Part shown: piece by piece, positions 9,258-17,635 of the stretch | Position numbering within the stretch: position 1 is the stretch's first letter | Layout of the letters: every line of letters begins with the position of its first letter | DNA from: a bacterium | Lineage (GTDB): Bacteria; Zhuqueibacterota; Zhuqueibacteria; Residuimicrobiales; Residuimicrobiaceae | Length of the DNA: 64,000 bases | Direction: 5' to 3' | Assembly (NCBI GenBank): GCA_029565685.1 | Contig: JAKQNR010000022.1 | Location: 256,468-320,467, forward strand | Position numbers and translations under genes: made by a program | The notes under the pieces: generated by a model | What the model saw: the letters and a program-made list of their open reading frames with translations, nothing else | Told to the model about the DNA's origin: nothing | Databases searched by the model: none

Positions 9258-12200
9258 TTATTTGCCAAAATCCATGTTGAGGCGCATGCCGAAAAAGACC
9301 TGCATCGGACCGCCGACGCGATAATAATAGTTCACGCCCGGTTTTTGTTTCGGATACACCAGGTGCGATTGTTTATATTGGCCGATCCGATCGCCCGGCT
9401 TGAGCGAGGCATAGTACTGATAGATTTCACTTCCCGGATTTTCCGCCAGTCCATCCAGTGCACCGATGTTGAGCAGCGTGCGGTTGAACGGATTGTGTAC
9501 CTCGCTGTACACCGAGGCGCTGACGCCGAAAACGTTGAGCTCCTTGCTCAGGTAGAAATCGTTGCTGAACGAATTGGTCCACTGCAGGTTGTTGCGCACA
9601 AAGGGACTGTTAGTCGGATTCCAGGTGTGTTTGGCCCCCTCTGCCCAGGAGAGAATGGCGTTGAGCCGCCAGCCGCCGAAAAGGTGGCTGCCGAACACCC
9701 GCGGGCCCCAAGCGGACGGCGTGTGAACGTCCACGTTGGCCAACACGCTGGGGATCCAGTCCCACAACACTTCGTCGGGATAGGAGAATTTTGAATAGGT
9801 CGAGAGGTTGAGCGGATCGCCATCGACAAATAAATTTTCATATCCGATCTGACCGACCTTACTGCCGCTGAACTCGGTCTGGATCCAGCCGGTGATAAAG
9901 CGCCCCAGCCGTTTGTAAAGACGAAATTCCCAGCCGATGATGTCCTCATAAGTTTTATTGGACCAGGTGTAATAACGCCGGGTGGGATTGGGCGAAAAGA
10001 CGTTTTGATAATACACCGGCCCCAATTCGTCGGTGACATCTTTATAGTACACCGAGGTATGGATCAGAAATTCGTCGAACAGCACCTGTTCATAGCCGAG
10101 TTCGTACTGAACGGTTTTCTGCGGCTTGAGGTCCGGATTGCCGCGCCATTCGATGGGCGAATCCATTCTCGGATGAGTGATGAAGCCATAGCGGTAGCTG
10201 TTGCTTGGCGCGTTGTAAGCATGACCATAGTTGAAATAGATTTTGCTGCTGGCGGTCATGGGATGTGAGATGCCCAGCCGCGGACTGATGCGAAAGTACT
10301 TTTTGCTCGGCGATGCTTGCATGCTGTCCAGATTGGTCCACATGTCGTCCATGTACCAATAATTTGAGAACGGATCATCCTGATCATAGGAATTGGCATT
10401 GGCGTCGAAAAGCTCACCGCGCAAACCGAAGTTCCCGGTCAGACCGCGAATCTCCAATCGGTCCTGAAGATAAATGCCGCCATACTGGGGTTTTTCCGTG
10501 TAACGGATGGCACGATCTTCCACCGCTGTCCGTATCTGGTAAAAATCACGACGGATCAGGCTGGGGTTGAAATAAATTCCGGTTTTTATCTGATGGTATT
10601 TGTTGACCTGACTGGTCAGATCGGCGCGCGCGGTCATAGACCAGCCGTAAGAGCGGTCGAATTCACCGCTGCTGGCATTTAGATTGTATTTTCCGGTTTG
10701 ATCGTAGACAGACCGCCCGGGCGTGACCCACCCGTCCGGTGATTCGTCGTAGGAACTGGCTGGAAACCACAGCTGATCGCCGGCATAGAAGGTGGTGTCC
10801 TTGCTGACGTAATGGCCGGTGGCCGGGTTCCAATAGCCGCGGGCCTTTAGCGTATCCGAGGTGATGGTATAGTATTCTGCGTCGATGGTTTTGATTTTAG
10901 TCGTGTCGCGGGCCGGCCCTTGACGAAAATCATAAAACCTCTCCATGCGGGAGACGCGGACTTCGTAAAAAGTTTTCGGCGACAGCGTGTGCACAAAATT
11001 CAGCCCCCAGTTTGTAGTGCGGATATCGCCCAACGGATAATTGGAATTGCCGTAAGACCCGCCGCCGCCGGAACGCATCACATAGGCGTCGTTGCCGCGT
11101 TCAGAGGCGGTGACTCCGGTTCCGCTTTCGTTGGCCACCATGCCCATAACCATTACCCGCATGTTGCTGGCCGGACGGTAGGTCAGCTTGAGCGTGGTGT
11201 TGTCTTCGCCAAAGTGATCGCGCAGCCCGGGATGCTCATAGGCGTTGTAATTAGTGCGATTCGATAGCATAAAACTGGTGTTCTTCAACAGCGGTCCAAC
11301 CAGCGGCAACGTTCCGCCTGGCATGGGTCCGCTGACCGTTCCATCTACCACATAATCCGGCCGATGGCCCTCTTCACGGCCGCGATGCTGCCAACGCCAC
11401 AGTTCCCGATTCTGGTTCGGCGACCGGTCGTTGGTGGAATCTTTGTCGGTCAGATTCTTTTCAGAGTAGACGATCCAGCCGTCGAACTTGTCCTGCGGCA
11501 GCGGGAACATTTGCGCCAGCTTGGCAGAGTCGAAAGAGATGTCGCTGCCGTACATCAGATAGTATTTATCCTCGATGTATTGCTTGGGGCCGTCGTATTT
11601 GTAGCCCGCGGGTTTATAACGTCCGTCAATCAACACATTGTACCGGCTGCCGCCCTCGCTGGTGGTTACGTTGATGATGCCTGAACGCAGGTCGCCGTAT
11701 TCAGCCAGAAAACCACCGGTTTGAATCGAGATCTCTTCGATGGAGGTCCGGTTGTAAGAGAGGAACGGCACATTAAAGACGTTGTCCTTGAGAGAAAAGC
11801 CGTCCAGGTAGGCCATGACCTGGTCCGAACCGCCGCCGCGGATGTTCACCTTGTTGTCGTAGGAGCTGACCGAGACACCAGGCGTCAGATTCATCAACTC
11901 TTGGATGGTGTTCACCGGCAGATTGGCCGTCTCCTCTTTGCTCATGACGATCTGGCTGGAGGAAACGTCCAGCTGCACCACCTCTTTCTGGGCCGTGACG
12001 GTCACACTTTGACCCTCGATGGCCATCTCTTTAAGAGTAAAATTCAGGGTGATGGTGCGGTCCAATTCCACCCGCACGTTGGTGATCGTTTTTGCTTCGT
12101 AGCCCACCATGCTCGCCTTGACGGCGTAGGTTTCTGTGGGAATATTCAGGATATAGTAATAGCCCTCCAGATCCGCCACCGCTCCAAGGCGGACGTCAAA

Positions 12201-12383
12201 CGGCACGATTTTGTTTCCCCGCATAAGGCCCTCGATCATGACGTTGGCGCCGATCAGCGGCTCGCCGGTGCGCGCGTCTTTGATCGTCCCCGAGAGTTTG
12301 CCGTTGGCCGCCCAGATCAGAGACGGACAGGATAGCATGCAAAGACAAAACAATACTCTGCTGCTTATTTTTCTTCTTTCCAT
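9258..12383 (-). CDS. TonB-dependent receptor 1 (carboxypeptidase-regulatory-like N-domain, plug, barrel)
   Basis: Start moved to ATG 12383 (MERRKISS..LIWA signal peptide), which removes the overlap with lacI. GKLSGTIKD..TGEPLIGANV, NIRGG, TGGFLAEYG..SGIIN, SPRLG, GNPDLKPQKTVQYELG. Confidence 0.9.
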   Translation of the reverse strand: MERRKISSRVLFCLCMLSCPSLIWAANGKLSGTIKDARTGEPLIGANVMIEGLMRGNKIVPFDVRLGAVADLEGYYYILNIPTETYAVKASMVGYEAKTITNVRVELDRTITLNFTLKEMAIEGQSVTVTAQKEVVQLDVSSSQIVMSKEETANLPVNTIQELMNLTPGVSVSSYDNKVNIRGGGSDQVMAYLDGFSLKDNVFNVPFLSYNRTSIEEISIQTGGFLAEYGDLRSGIINVTTSEGGSRYNVLIDGRYKPAGYKYDGPKQYIEDKYYLMYGSDISFDSAKLAQMFPLPQDKFDGWIVYSEKNLTDKDSTNDRSPNQNRELWRWQHRGREEGHRPDYVVDGTVSGPMPGGTLPLVGPLLKNTSFMLSNRTNYNAYEHPGLRDHFGEDNTTLKLTYRPASNMRVMVMGMVANESGTGVTASERGNDAYVMRSGGGGSYGNSNYPLGDIRTTNWGLNFVHTLSPKTFYEVRVSRMERFYDFRQGPARDTTKIKTIDAEYYTITSDTLKARGYWNPATGHYVSKDTTFYAGDQLWFPASSYDESPDGWVTPGRSVYDQTGKYNLNASSGEFDRSYGWSMTARADLTSQVNKYHQIKTGIYFNPSLIRRDFYQIRTAVEDRAIRYTEKPQYGGIYLQDRLEIRGLTGNFGLRGELFDANANSYDQDDPFSNYWYMDDMWTNLDSMQASPSKKYFRISPRLGISHPMTASSKIYFNYGHAYNAPSNSYRYGFITHPRMDSPIEWRGNPDLKPQKTVQYELGYEQVLFDEFLIHTSVYYKDVTDELGPVYYQNVFSPNPTRRYYTWSNKTYEDIIGWEFRLYKRLGRFITGWIQTEFSGSKVGQIGYENLFVDGDPLNLSTYSKFSYPDEVLWDWIPSVLANVDVHTPSAWGPRVFGSHLFGGWRLNAILSWAEGAKHTWNPTNSPFVRNNLQWTNSFSNDFYLSKELNVFGVSASVYSEVHNPFNRTLLNIGALDGLAENPGSEIYQYYASLKPGDRIGQYKQSHLVYPKQKPGVNYYYRVGGPMQVFFGMRLNMDFGK

Positions 12384-12483
12384 AGTCTCGCCAGTTGGTT
12401 GAGTAAATGAGATGGCAACCGCTAAACGCGGCTGTACGAATTGGCCTTTGGTACCTACGCGTACCTGCAACGCTGCCGCTTGG

Positions 12484-12494
12484 AAAAGCGTTTT
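12484..12494. promoter_or_regulatory. Possible LacI-type operator upstream of TBDR1
   Basis: AAAAGCGTTTT fits AAANCGNTTT; short, could be chance. Confidence 0.3.
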
Positions 12495-12532
12495 GAGCGA
12501 TGAAGGTGTCTGCGGCCAGCTCTTGCGGTTTT

Positions 12533-13621
12533 CTAATCTGAAGATGGACCGCACGAGCCGCGTATTACCAGAGATGGATCGATGGTCAGTTCCATTTCAG
12601 GGCATACGGTATCGGGTCGGTTCAACTGCTGAAGCAGAGTGGTGACTGCGTTTTTACCGATCTGTTCGACCGGTTCTCGTACGCTGGTCAGGGACGGACG
12701 GGTGAGAGCCTCAGAATACAAGTCGCCGAATCCCATCACCGAGATATCATTCGGAACCTTGACCTGTTTATTGGTCAGGATGTTGATAATGTTGAGTGCA
12801 ATGGGGTCATAAAAACTAAAGATCGCGGTCGGGCGCTGTGGCAGCGCTAAAATTTCATCAACGATGCGGTGATCGTCCGCCGGATGCAGTTCATCATGCC
12901 AGACCAAATCCTGCCGGTACTCCACGCCATGATCTCTGAGAACCTGCTGGAAGGCGTATAATCTTTCATTGCTGCTTGATGATTCGCTGCCGTGAGTGAC
13001 CACCGCAATCCGGCGATGACCGAGCGAGAGAAGGTAATTGGTCGCCAGCTGAACGCCCAACGTGTTGTTGACTTGAATGGTCGTTCCTTCCGCTTCCGGC
13101 GGTCTGCGCCAGAGGAAAACATGCGGCATGCCTGAAACTTTGAGTTCTTTAGTGCGCAACGCCATGGGCGGATTAGGCTTGTCTGGGACCAGAAAAATCA
13201 AACCGTCGATATAATGGGTTGCGATCAGCGCGGCATAGCAGGAATGAGGATCGGTCTTGGAAACGATCTCATCGTCGAAAATCATGATGTTGTGTTTTTT
13301 ATCATGTGCGGCTTGGGCGATCGCCTTGAGCGCTCTGGCTGAATATTCGCTTTTAAACAGGTCATAGGCAGAAGAAGTGACAATGCCGAGGATGTTGGAG
13401 CGGCTGGTGGAAAACGCTTTGGCAAGTCGATTGGGGGAGTACTTTAATTCTTTAGCGGTGGCTAGGACCCGTTGGCGGGTGTTTTCGCTGATTTTGATCG
13501 GGCTTGATTTATCGTTGAGTACGAGGGAGACCGTCGCTTTGCTGACGCCGGCTTTCGCTGCGACATCGGCGATCGTAATGGTCGGCCAACGTCGCTTCAC
13601 TTTTTCTTTCGCCAAGATCAT
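12533..13621 (-). CDS. LacI family transcriptional regulator
   Basis: TIADVAAKAGVSKATVSLVLN HTH, YSPNRLAKAF hinge, LGHRRIA, VPNDISVMGF, PSLTSV. Confidence 0.95.
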   Translation of the reverse strand: MILAKEKVKRRWPTITIADVAAKAGVSKATVSLVLNDKSSPIKISENTRQRVLATAKELKYSPNRLAKAFSTSRSNILGIVTSSAYDLFKSEYSARALKAIAQAAHDKKHNIMIFDDEIVSKTDPHSCYAALIATHYIDGLIFLVPDKPNPPMALRTKELKVSGMPHVFLWRRPPEAEGTTIQVNNTLGVQLATNYLLSLGHRRIAVVTHGSESSSSNERLYAFQQVLRDHGVEYRQDLVWHDELHPADDHRIVDEILALPQRPTAIFSFYDPIALNIINILTNKQVKVPNDISVMGFGDLYSEALTRPSLTSVREPVEQIGKNAVTTLLQQLNRPDTVCPEMELTIDPSLVIRGSCGPSSD

Positions 13622-13710
13622 GGGCGCTCTGCCGATCGGTTTTTTCTGTCTGTTCTGTTTGACATCTCTGCAGTCTCGCTCAAGATCAGGGACTAAAGCA
13701 ATGCCTTTTT

Positions 13711-13740
13711 TAATCCGTTTCAGCTAAACCGATTTAATAA
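13711..13740. promoter_or_regulatory. Candidate tandem LacI operator, copy 1
   Basis: TAATCCGTTTCAGCTAAACCGATTTAATAA, containing near-palindrome TAAACCGATTTA, just downstream of the leftward -10. Confidence 0.55.
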
Positions 13741-13747
13741 CGACTAA

Positions 13748-13776
13748 AGGATAAGGAAAATTCATTTAAATGTCAA
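13748..13776 (-). promoter_or_regulatory. Sigma70-type promoter for the lacI-TBDR1 operon
   Basis: TTGACA (13776-13771), 17 bp, TATCCT (13753-13748). Confidence 0.65.
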
Positions 13777-13882
13777 GCCAATTTTTATTGTCACGGAAAT
13801 TTATGCTGTTTACTTATAAAAGGAAAAACACAGCTGTTGTTCATAATTTAAAAATAAGATCTGCAAGTTATTTAAAAAGGGC

Positions 13883-13911
13883 TTGACATTGATGCGCAGG
13901 TTGAGTATGAT
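13883..13911 (+). promoter_or_regulatory. Sigma70-type promoter for the divergent enzyme operon
   Basis: TTGACA (13883-13888), 17 bp, TATGAT (13906-13911). Confidence 0.75.
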
Positions 13912-13920
13912 TAGGAAAAG

Positions 13921-13950
13921 ATAACCGTTCAACCTAAAACAGTTTAATAA
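13921..13950. promoter_or_regulatory. Candidate tandem LacI operator, copy 2
   Basis: ATAACCGTTCAACCTAAAACAGTTTAATAA; 21/30 identical to 13711-13740; just downstream of the rightward -10. Confidence 0.5.
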
Positions 13951-14005
13951 TCGCAGTCGATCTTGATCAAAACACATCACCTCAGATGTTCCAATAGAGG
14001 AGGGC

Positions 14006-17000
14006 ATGAAAATAGAAAATCCCCTTCGCTGGATAACCGTTGCATTGCTGTTTTGCTGTTCCATAACCCATGGAGCGTCTTCAGCAGTTGCCATCGATAA
14101 GAATGCTTCCGTTGCAGTCCAGGGTGGATGGCATTACTCCCGGCTGCTGGATGAATCCGTTTCTTTTGCGAACCAGATCATCCTTCATGCTCCTGACCGC
14201 TATGGTAAAAAATCAACACCGCTCTGGCTGGCGGTGTTAAACCCTAATGCCCCGGGTCTGATTCAGGAAAAACCTGCCAATTGGCAGTCCTATTGGGACG
14301 CAGAAGATTATATGATGACCGCCCAGGGTTGCAATCTCTACCGCGATATGCCGACTTTGGCCGCTTTTCAAAAGCTGTCCCGGTTGACCGGCGATGACCG
14401 CTATCAACAGGCAGTGTCCGACTATCTCACCTTTTTCCTAAAAAATTTGCCACATCCCACCACCGGGCTCTTTCCCTGGGGCGAGCACATGTCCTATAAC
14501 ACCGTACGCGATACTCTCTACGCCAACCGCCATGAGCTGGAACATAACGCCCCAGAGTGGGAGATGCTGTGGCGCAGCGACTCAAACGCGGTAAAACGAG
14601 AGATCGAGGCCATTCATCGGTTCAGCATCTATGACAAGGAGAATTTTTACTATGATCGCCACGCCAACTATTACACCGGCGCCTTTGATCCTGCTCCGGT
14701 GCGCGGCTCTTATATCAAACACTCTGGGCTCTTTGCTTACAGTTTTTTGTTTCTCTACAGTAAAACCCACGATCCGCGTCATCTGGACTGGGCGCGAAAA
14801 AGCGCTGCGCTGTACTGGAATCACCGTGATCGTAAAACCGATCTGGTCCCAGGCACTGTTTCGCCTTCCGGCGCCTCTGGAAATTCAGAATCGCAGCTGC
14901 TTTTAGCCCACTATCTCTTGCGCGGCCTCTCCTTTTACCCGGATTCACTGATCAAGGATCAAACGATTAGAATGATCGACGCTGTACTGAAATATGGCTT
15001 TGATCCGACGGATGGAAGCTTTGCCGGACAGATCGTTCCATCCACAGGACAAGCCCTGGGCAAAGCCAATGCCTTCAGTCATGGAGAGCCTGCCGAGTCT
15101 TATAGACTCTCGGCACTGCTGCACGCTTACCGTTTGACCGGGGAAACGCGCTTTTTACAGGCGCTGCAAGTCCGGTTGCAGTCGATCAGCCGTATGCCTT
15201 TGCCTACCGGCGTCACGCCTCAGGTCGCAGGCTCATTGATCGATCTATTGGTTGATGTGTACCGGATCAGCGGTGAAAAAGACTATTTGCAGTTCGCCAG
15301 AAATCTGGCTGATTGGTCCTTGCACAACCTAGTGCGAAAAGACCTGATCATCGAGTCGAGTGCCGGCTGTGTCTACCACAATGATAGCCGTCCCGGCGTG
15401 CTGTTGTCCGCCTGGCTCAGGTTGTATGAAACCGAACTCGTTCAGCCCTTGCATTGGACCACCTGCGATGCCCATTCTGGGCAAGGAGGGACCATACTGG
15501 TGAATGCCAGAACCTGCAGAGAGTTGGATGAGATCACTCTCGAGGCTACGTTTAAGGACCGGCGTAAAGTGCGCATCCGCGCAAAACCACTCCACGGCAG
15601 TTATTCATTCGCCCTGCGCTATTCGAAAAAATCACGCCAGGGACCTGTCCACCTGCGGTTTTTTAGGGAGAGCGACAAGCGCCTCTTGGATCAGGGTGAA
15701 GTGCTGCTGGTCGACAGCGCCGGTCCGCAGATTCGATTCATAAACTTTCCCGACTGGATTCCGCAAAATAGACGATTTTGCGGCACAGCGCGAGTGAGTG
15801 ATTCCGCCGGAATCGTTAAAGTCGTTTGTCATTATCAAGCCGAAGATAGCCTGTCTGGCCAGGTGACCGGCATGGAGGATCCCAAGGATGCAGAGCTGTT
15901 CATTTTTACTCTGCCGCCCCTGGCAACGAAATCCGATCGCATGATCCTGCAGCTGGAAGCTGTGGGCAATCCGGCTTATCCTATGACCACTCGTTCATCG
16001 CAGCAAACCGTGGTGCTGGCCAAACCGGATGTGATCGCTATAAACGTCCAATCCGGATTGACGCAGCTCCTTCCCAGCAGTCTGAAAGACCTGAGCCTCA
16101 ATGCAAAAGTGGGGCCGTCCGCTGCAGCAGGCGCTGTGGATCTTTCTTTGCTTCCTGTGGTTCCCAGCAACCTAGCCAATGGACTGCCGGAAATACTCCT
16201 GCCTGGTTTGGTTTCTGTGCAGCCTGCAGACGCTTGGCAGGGGGGTGATAATCGGCTCTCGCTGGTACGTCAGTATGACGATCGCGATTTAGAGTCCATG
16301 CTGCCGGCCACGCTTTCTGCCTATCAATGGCAGACTGGATCCTGGCAGCCGGTGGCGCAGGCCCAGGTCGACCATACGAACAAACAGATCTCCGTACCCT
16401 GCGATAAAGGCGGATTGTTTGCTTTCGGCGGACATTCCAGAATGGGTTGGCGTCGTTCGTTTAACGGCGCTCTGCTCAGTTCTCCGGCTGTGGCCCGCTT
16501 AGATCAGCAGGGCACCCTAGCCATTATCCTGGATACTCGTGATGCCGACAGAACGCTTTACGCCTTGGATGGACAAGGTCGGACTCTCTGGATCCATGAG
16601 GCCGGCGCCATGCAGTCGTTCCCAACGATTGCGGATTTGGATCAAGATGGTTTGGACGAGGTCCTTGTTGGCGGCCCCAGGTTAACCGTGTTGCATGGCA
16701 ATGGTCAAGTGCGCTGGCAGATGCCTATGCCAAACACCTCATCACCGGTTGTAGGAGACATCACCGGCACTAGTCCGCCCGAGATCGTTGTGGTTGGCGA
16801 AGGCGGATTAGTGGCTGCCTTTACCATAAATGGTGTAGAACTGTTCCGTTCTCAGGCCGGCCCAATGTGCAAAATCCCCGCTCTGGCTGATCTTGACGGC
16901 GACGGCCGGTTCGAAATCATCGTCGCCGGTGATCAAGGCCTGTCCGCTTTCTCCGGTAAGGGCGGTCGGTTGTGGCAAATTCCTTTGCCCGGCCAACCGA

Positions 17001-17635
17001 TGTATGCGCCGGCTGTGGCTGATCTTGACGGCGATGGCCGAGACGATATCGTACATCTCTGCCGGACTGATGAGCAGGGGTATCTCGAAGCCTATAACGG
17101 CAAAGGGAAATTGCTCTGGCAAGCTGTGGTCAGTCGGGAGCCGGACTGGAGTCCGGTCGTAGCCGCCATGCAGGGCGACGGACAACCGTGCATCCTAGCC
17201 CAATCTAGAGACCCGCGCAAACTGGAGATCTATGACAGGCACGGCCATCTGTTGCGCAACCTGGCCACTACCGGCCGGGTGCTGCAGACGCCCGTGCCCA
17301 TGGAGATGGACGGCGACGGCCTTTTAGATGTGCTGGCGCCGTTTGATCTTTCGTACCGGCTCTGGGCCCTTGCCAATGACGGTGCGCCGCTCTGGTCTTA
17401 TACGCCTAAAAGTTATACATTACCAGGAGTGAAAATCAAAGGCGGTGGTTCCCTTTTAGTGGCGGACATTAATGGCGATGGTCTGGTGGAAATCGTTGGC
17501 GGCGATGATGAGACTTGGTTGAATATGGTGCGCACAGAGATCCCCTGCAAACCCTGGGCAATCCTTTCCGGTCAGTATCATGGCGATTGCCGTCATAGTG
17601 GAAATTATCTCGACAAAGAAAAGGTTGATCCATGA
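14006..17635 (+). CDS. Multimodular protein: PL2-like pectate lyase domain, Ig-like middle, FG-GAP/PQQ-type propeller
   Basis: Signal peptide; GLFPWGEH...HELE...YDRHA matches the PL2 GLxYWGGH/HELK/GRHG motifs; C-terminal ADLDGDG repeats; SD GAGGAGG. Confidence 0.65.
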   Translation: MKIENPLRWITVALLFCCSITHGASSAVAIDKNASVAVQGGWHYSRLLDESVSFANQIILHAPDRYGKKSTPLWLAVLNPNAPGLIQEKPANWQSYWDAEDYMMTAQGCNLYRDMPTLAAFQKLSRLTGDDRYQQAVSDYLTFFLKNLPHPTTGLFPWGEHMSYNTVRDTLYANRHELEHNAPEWEMLWRSDSNAVKREIEAIHRFSIYDKENFYYDRHANYYTGAFDPAPVRGSYIKHSGLFAYSFLFLYSKTHDPRHLDWARKSAALYWNHRDRKTDLVPGTVSPSGASGNSESQLLLAHYLLRGLSFYPDSLIKDQTIRMIDAVLKYGFDPTDGSFAGQIVPSTGQALGKANAFSHGEPAESYRLSALLHAYRLTGETRFLQALQVRLQSISRMPLPTGVTPQVAGSLIDLLVDVYRISGEKDYLQFARNLADWSLHNLVRKDLIIESSAGCVYHNDSRPGVLLSAWLRLYETELVQPLHWTTCDAHSGQGGTILVNARTCRELDEITLEATFKDRRKVRIRAKPLHGSYSFALRYSKKSRQGPVHLRFFRESDKRLLDQGEVLLVDSAGPQIRFINFPDWIPQNRRFCGTARVSDSAGIVKVVCHYQAEDSLSGQVTGMEDPKDAELFIFTLPPLATKSDRMILQLEAVGNPAYPMTTRSSQQTVVLAKPDVIAINVQSGLTQLLPSSLKDLSLNAKVGPSAAAGAVDLSLLPVVPSNLANGLPEILLPGLVSVQPADAWQGGDNRLSLVRQYDDRDLESMLPATLSAYQWQTGSWQPVAQAQVDHTNKQISVPCDKGGLFAFGGHSRMGWRRSFNGALLSSPAVARLDQQGTLAIILDTRDADRTLYALDGQGRTLWIHEAGAMQSFPTIADLDQDGLDEVLVGGPRLTVLHGNGQVRWQMPMPNTSSPVVGDITGTSPPEIVVVGEGGLVAAFTINGVELFRSQAGPMCKIPALADLDGDGRFEIIVAGDQGLSAFSGKGGRLWQIPLPGQPMYAPAVADLDGDGRDDIVHLCRTDEQGYLEAYNGKGKLLWQAVVSREPDWSPVVAAMQGDGQPCILAQSRDPRKLEIYDRHGHLLRNLATTGRVLQTPVPMEMDGDGLLDVLAPFDLSYRLWALANDGAPLWSYTPKSYTLPGVKIKGGGSLLVADINGDGLVEIVGGDDETWLNMVRTEIPCKPWAILSGQYHGDCRHSGNYLDKEKVDP

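Noticed and set aside
6325-9794. Long plus-strand ORFs of 539 and 493 aa (and similar ones at 840, 27904, 33421, 37210, 38487)
   Set aside because: Antisense shadows of well-supported genes; no recognisable motifs.
12384-12554. 57-aa N-terminal extension of TBDR1 in the ORF track
   Set aside because: Overlaps lacI and buries the signal peptide; ATG 12383 is better.
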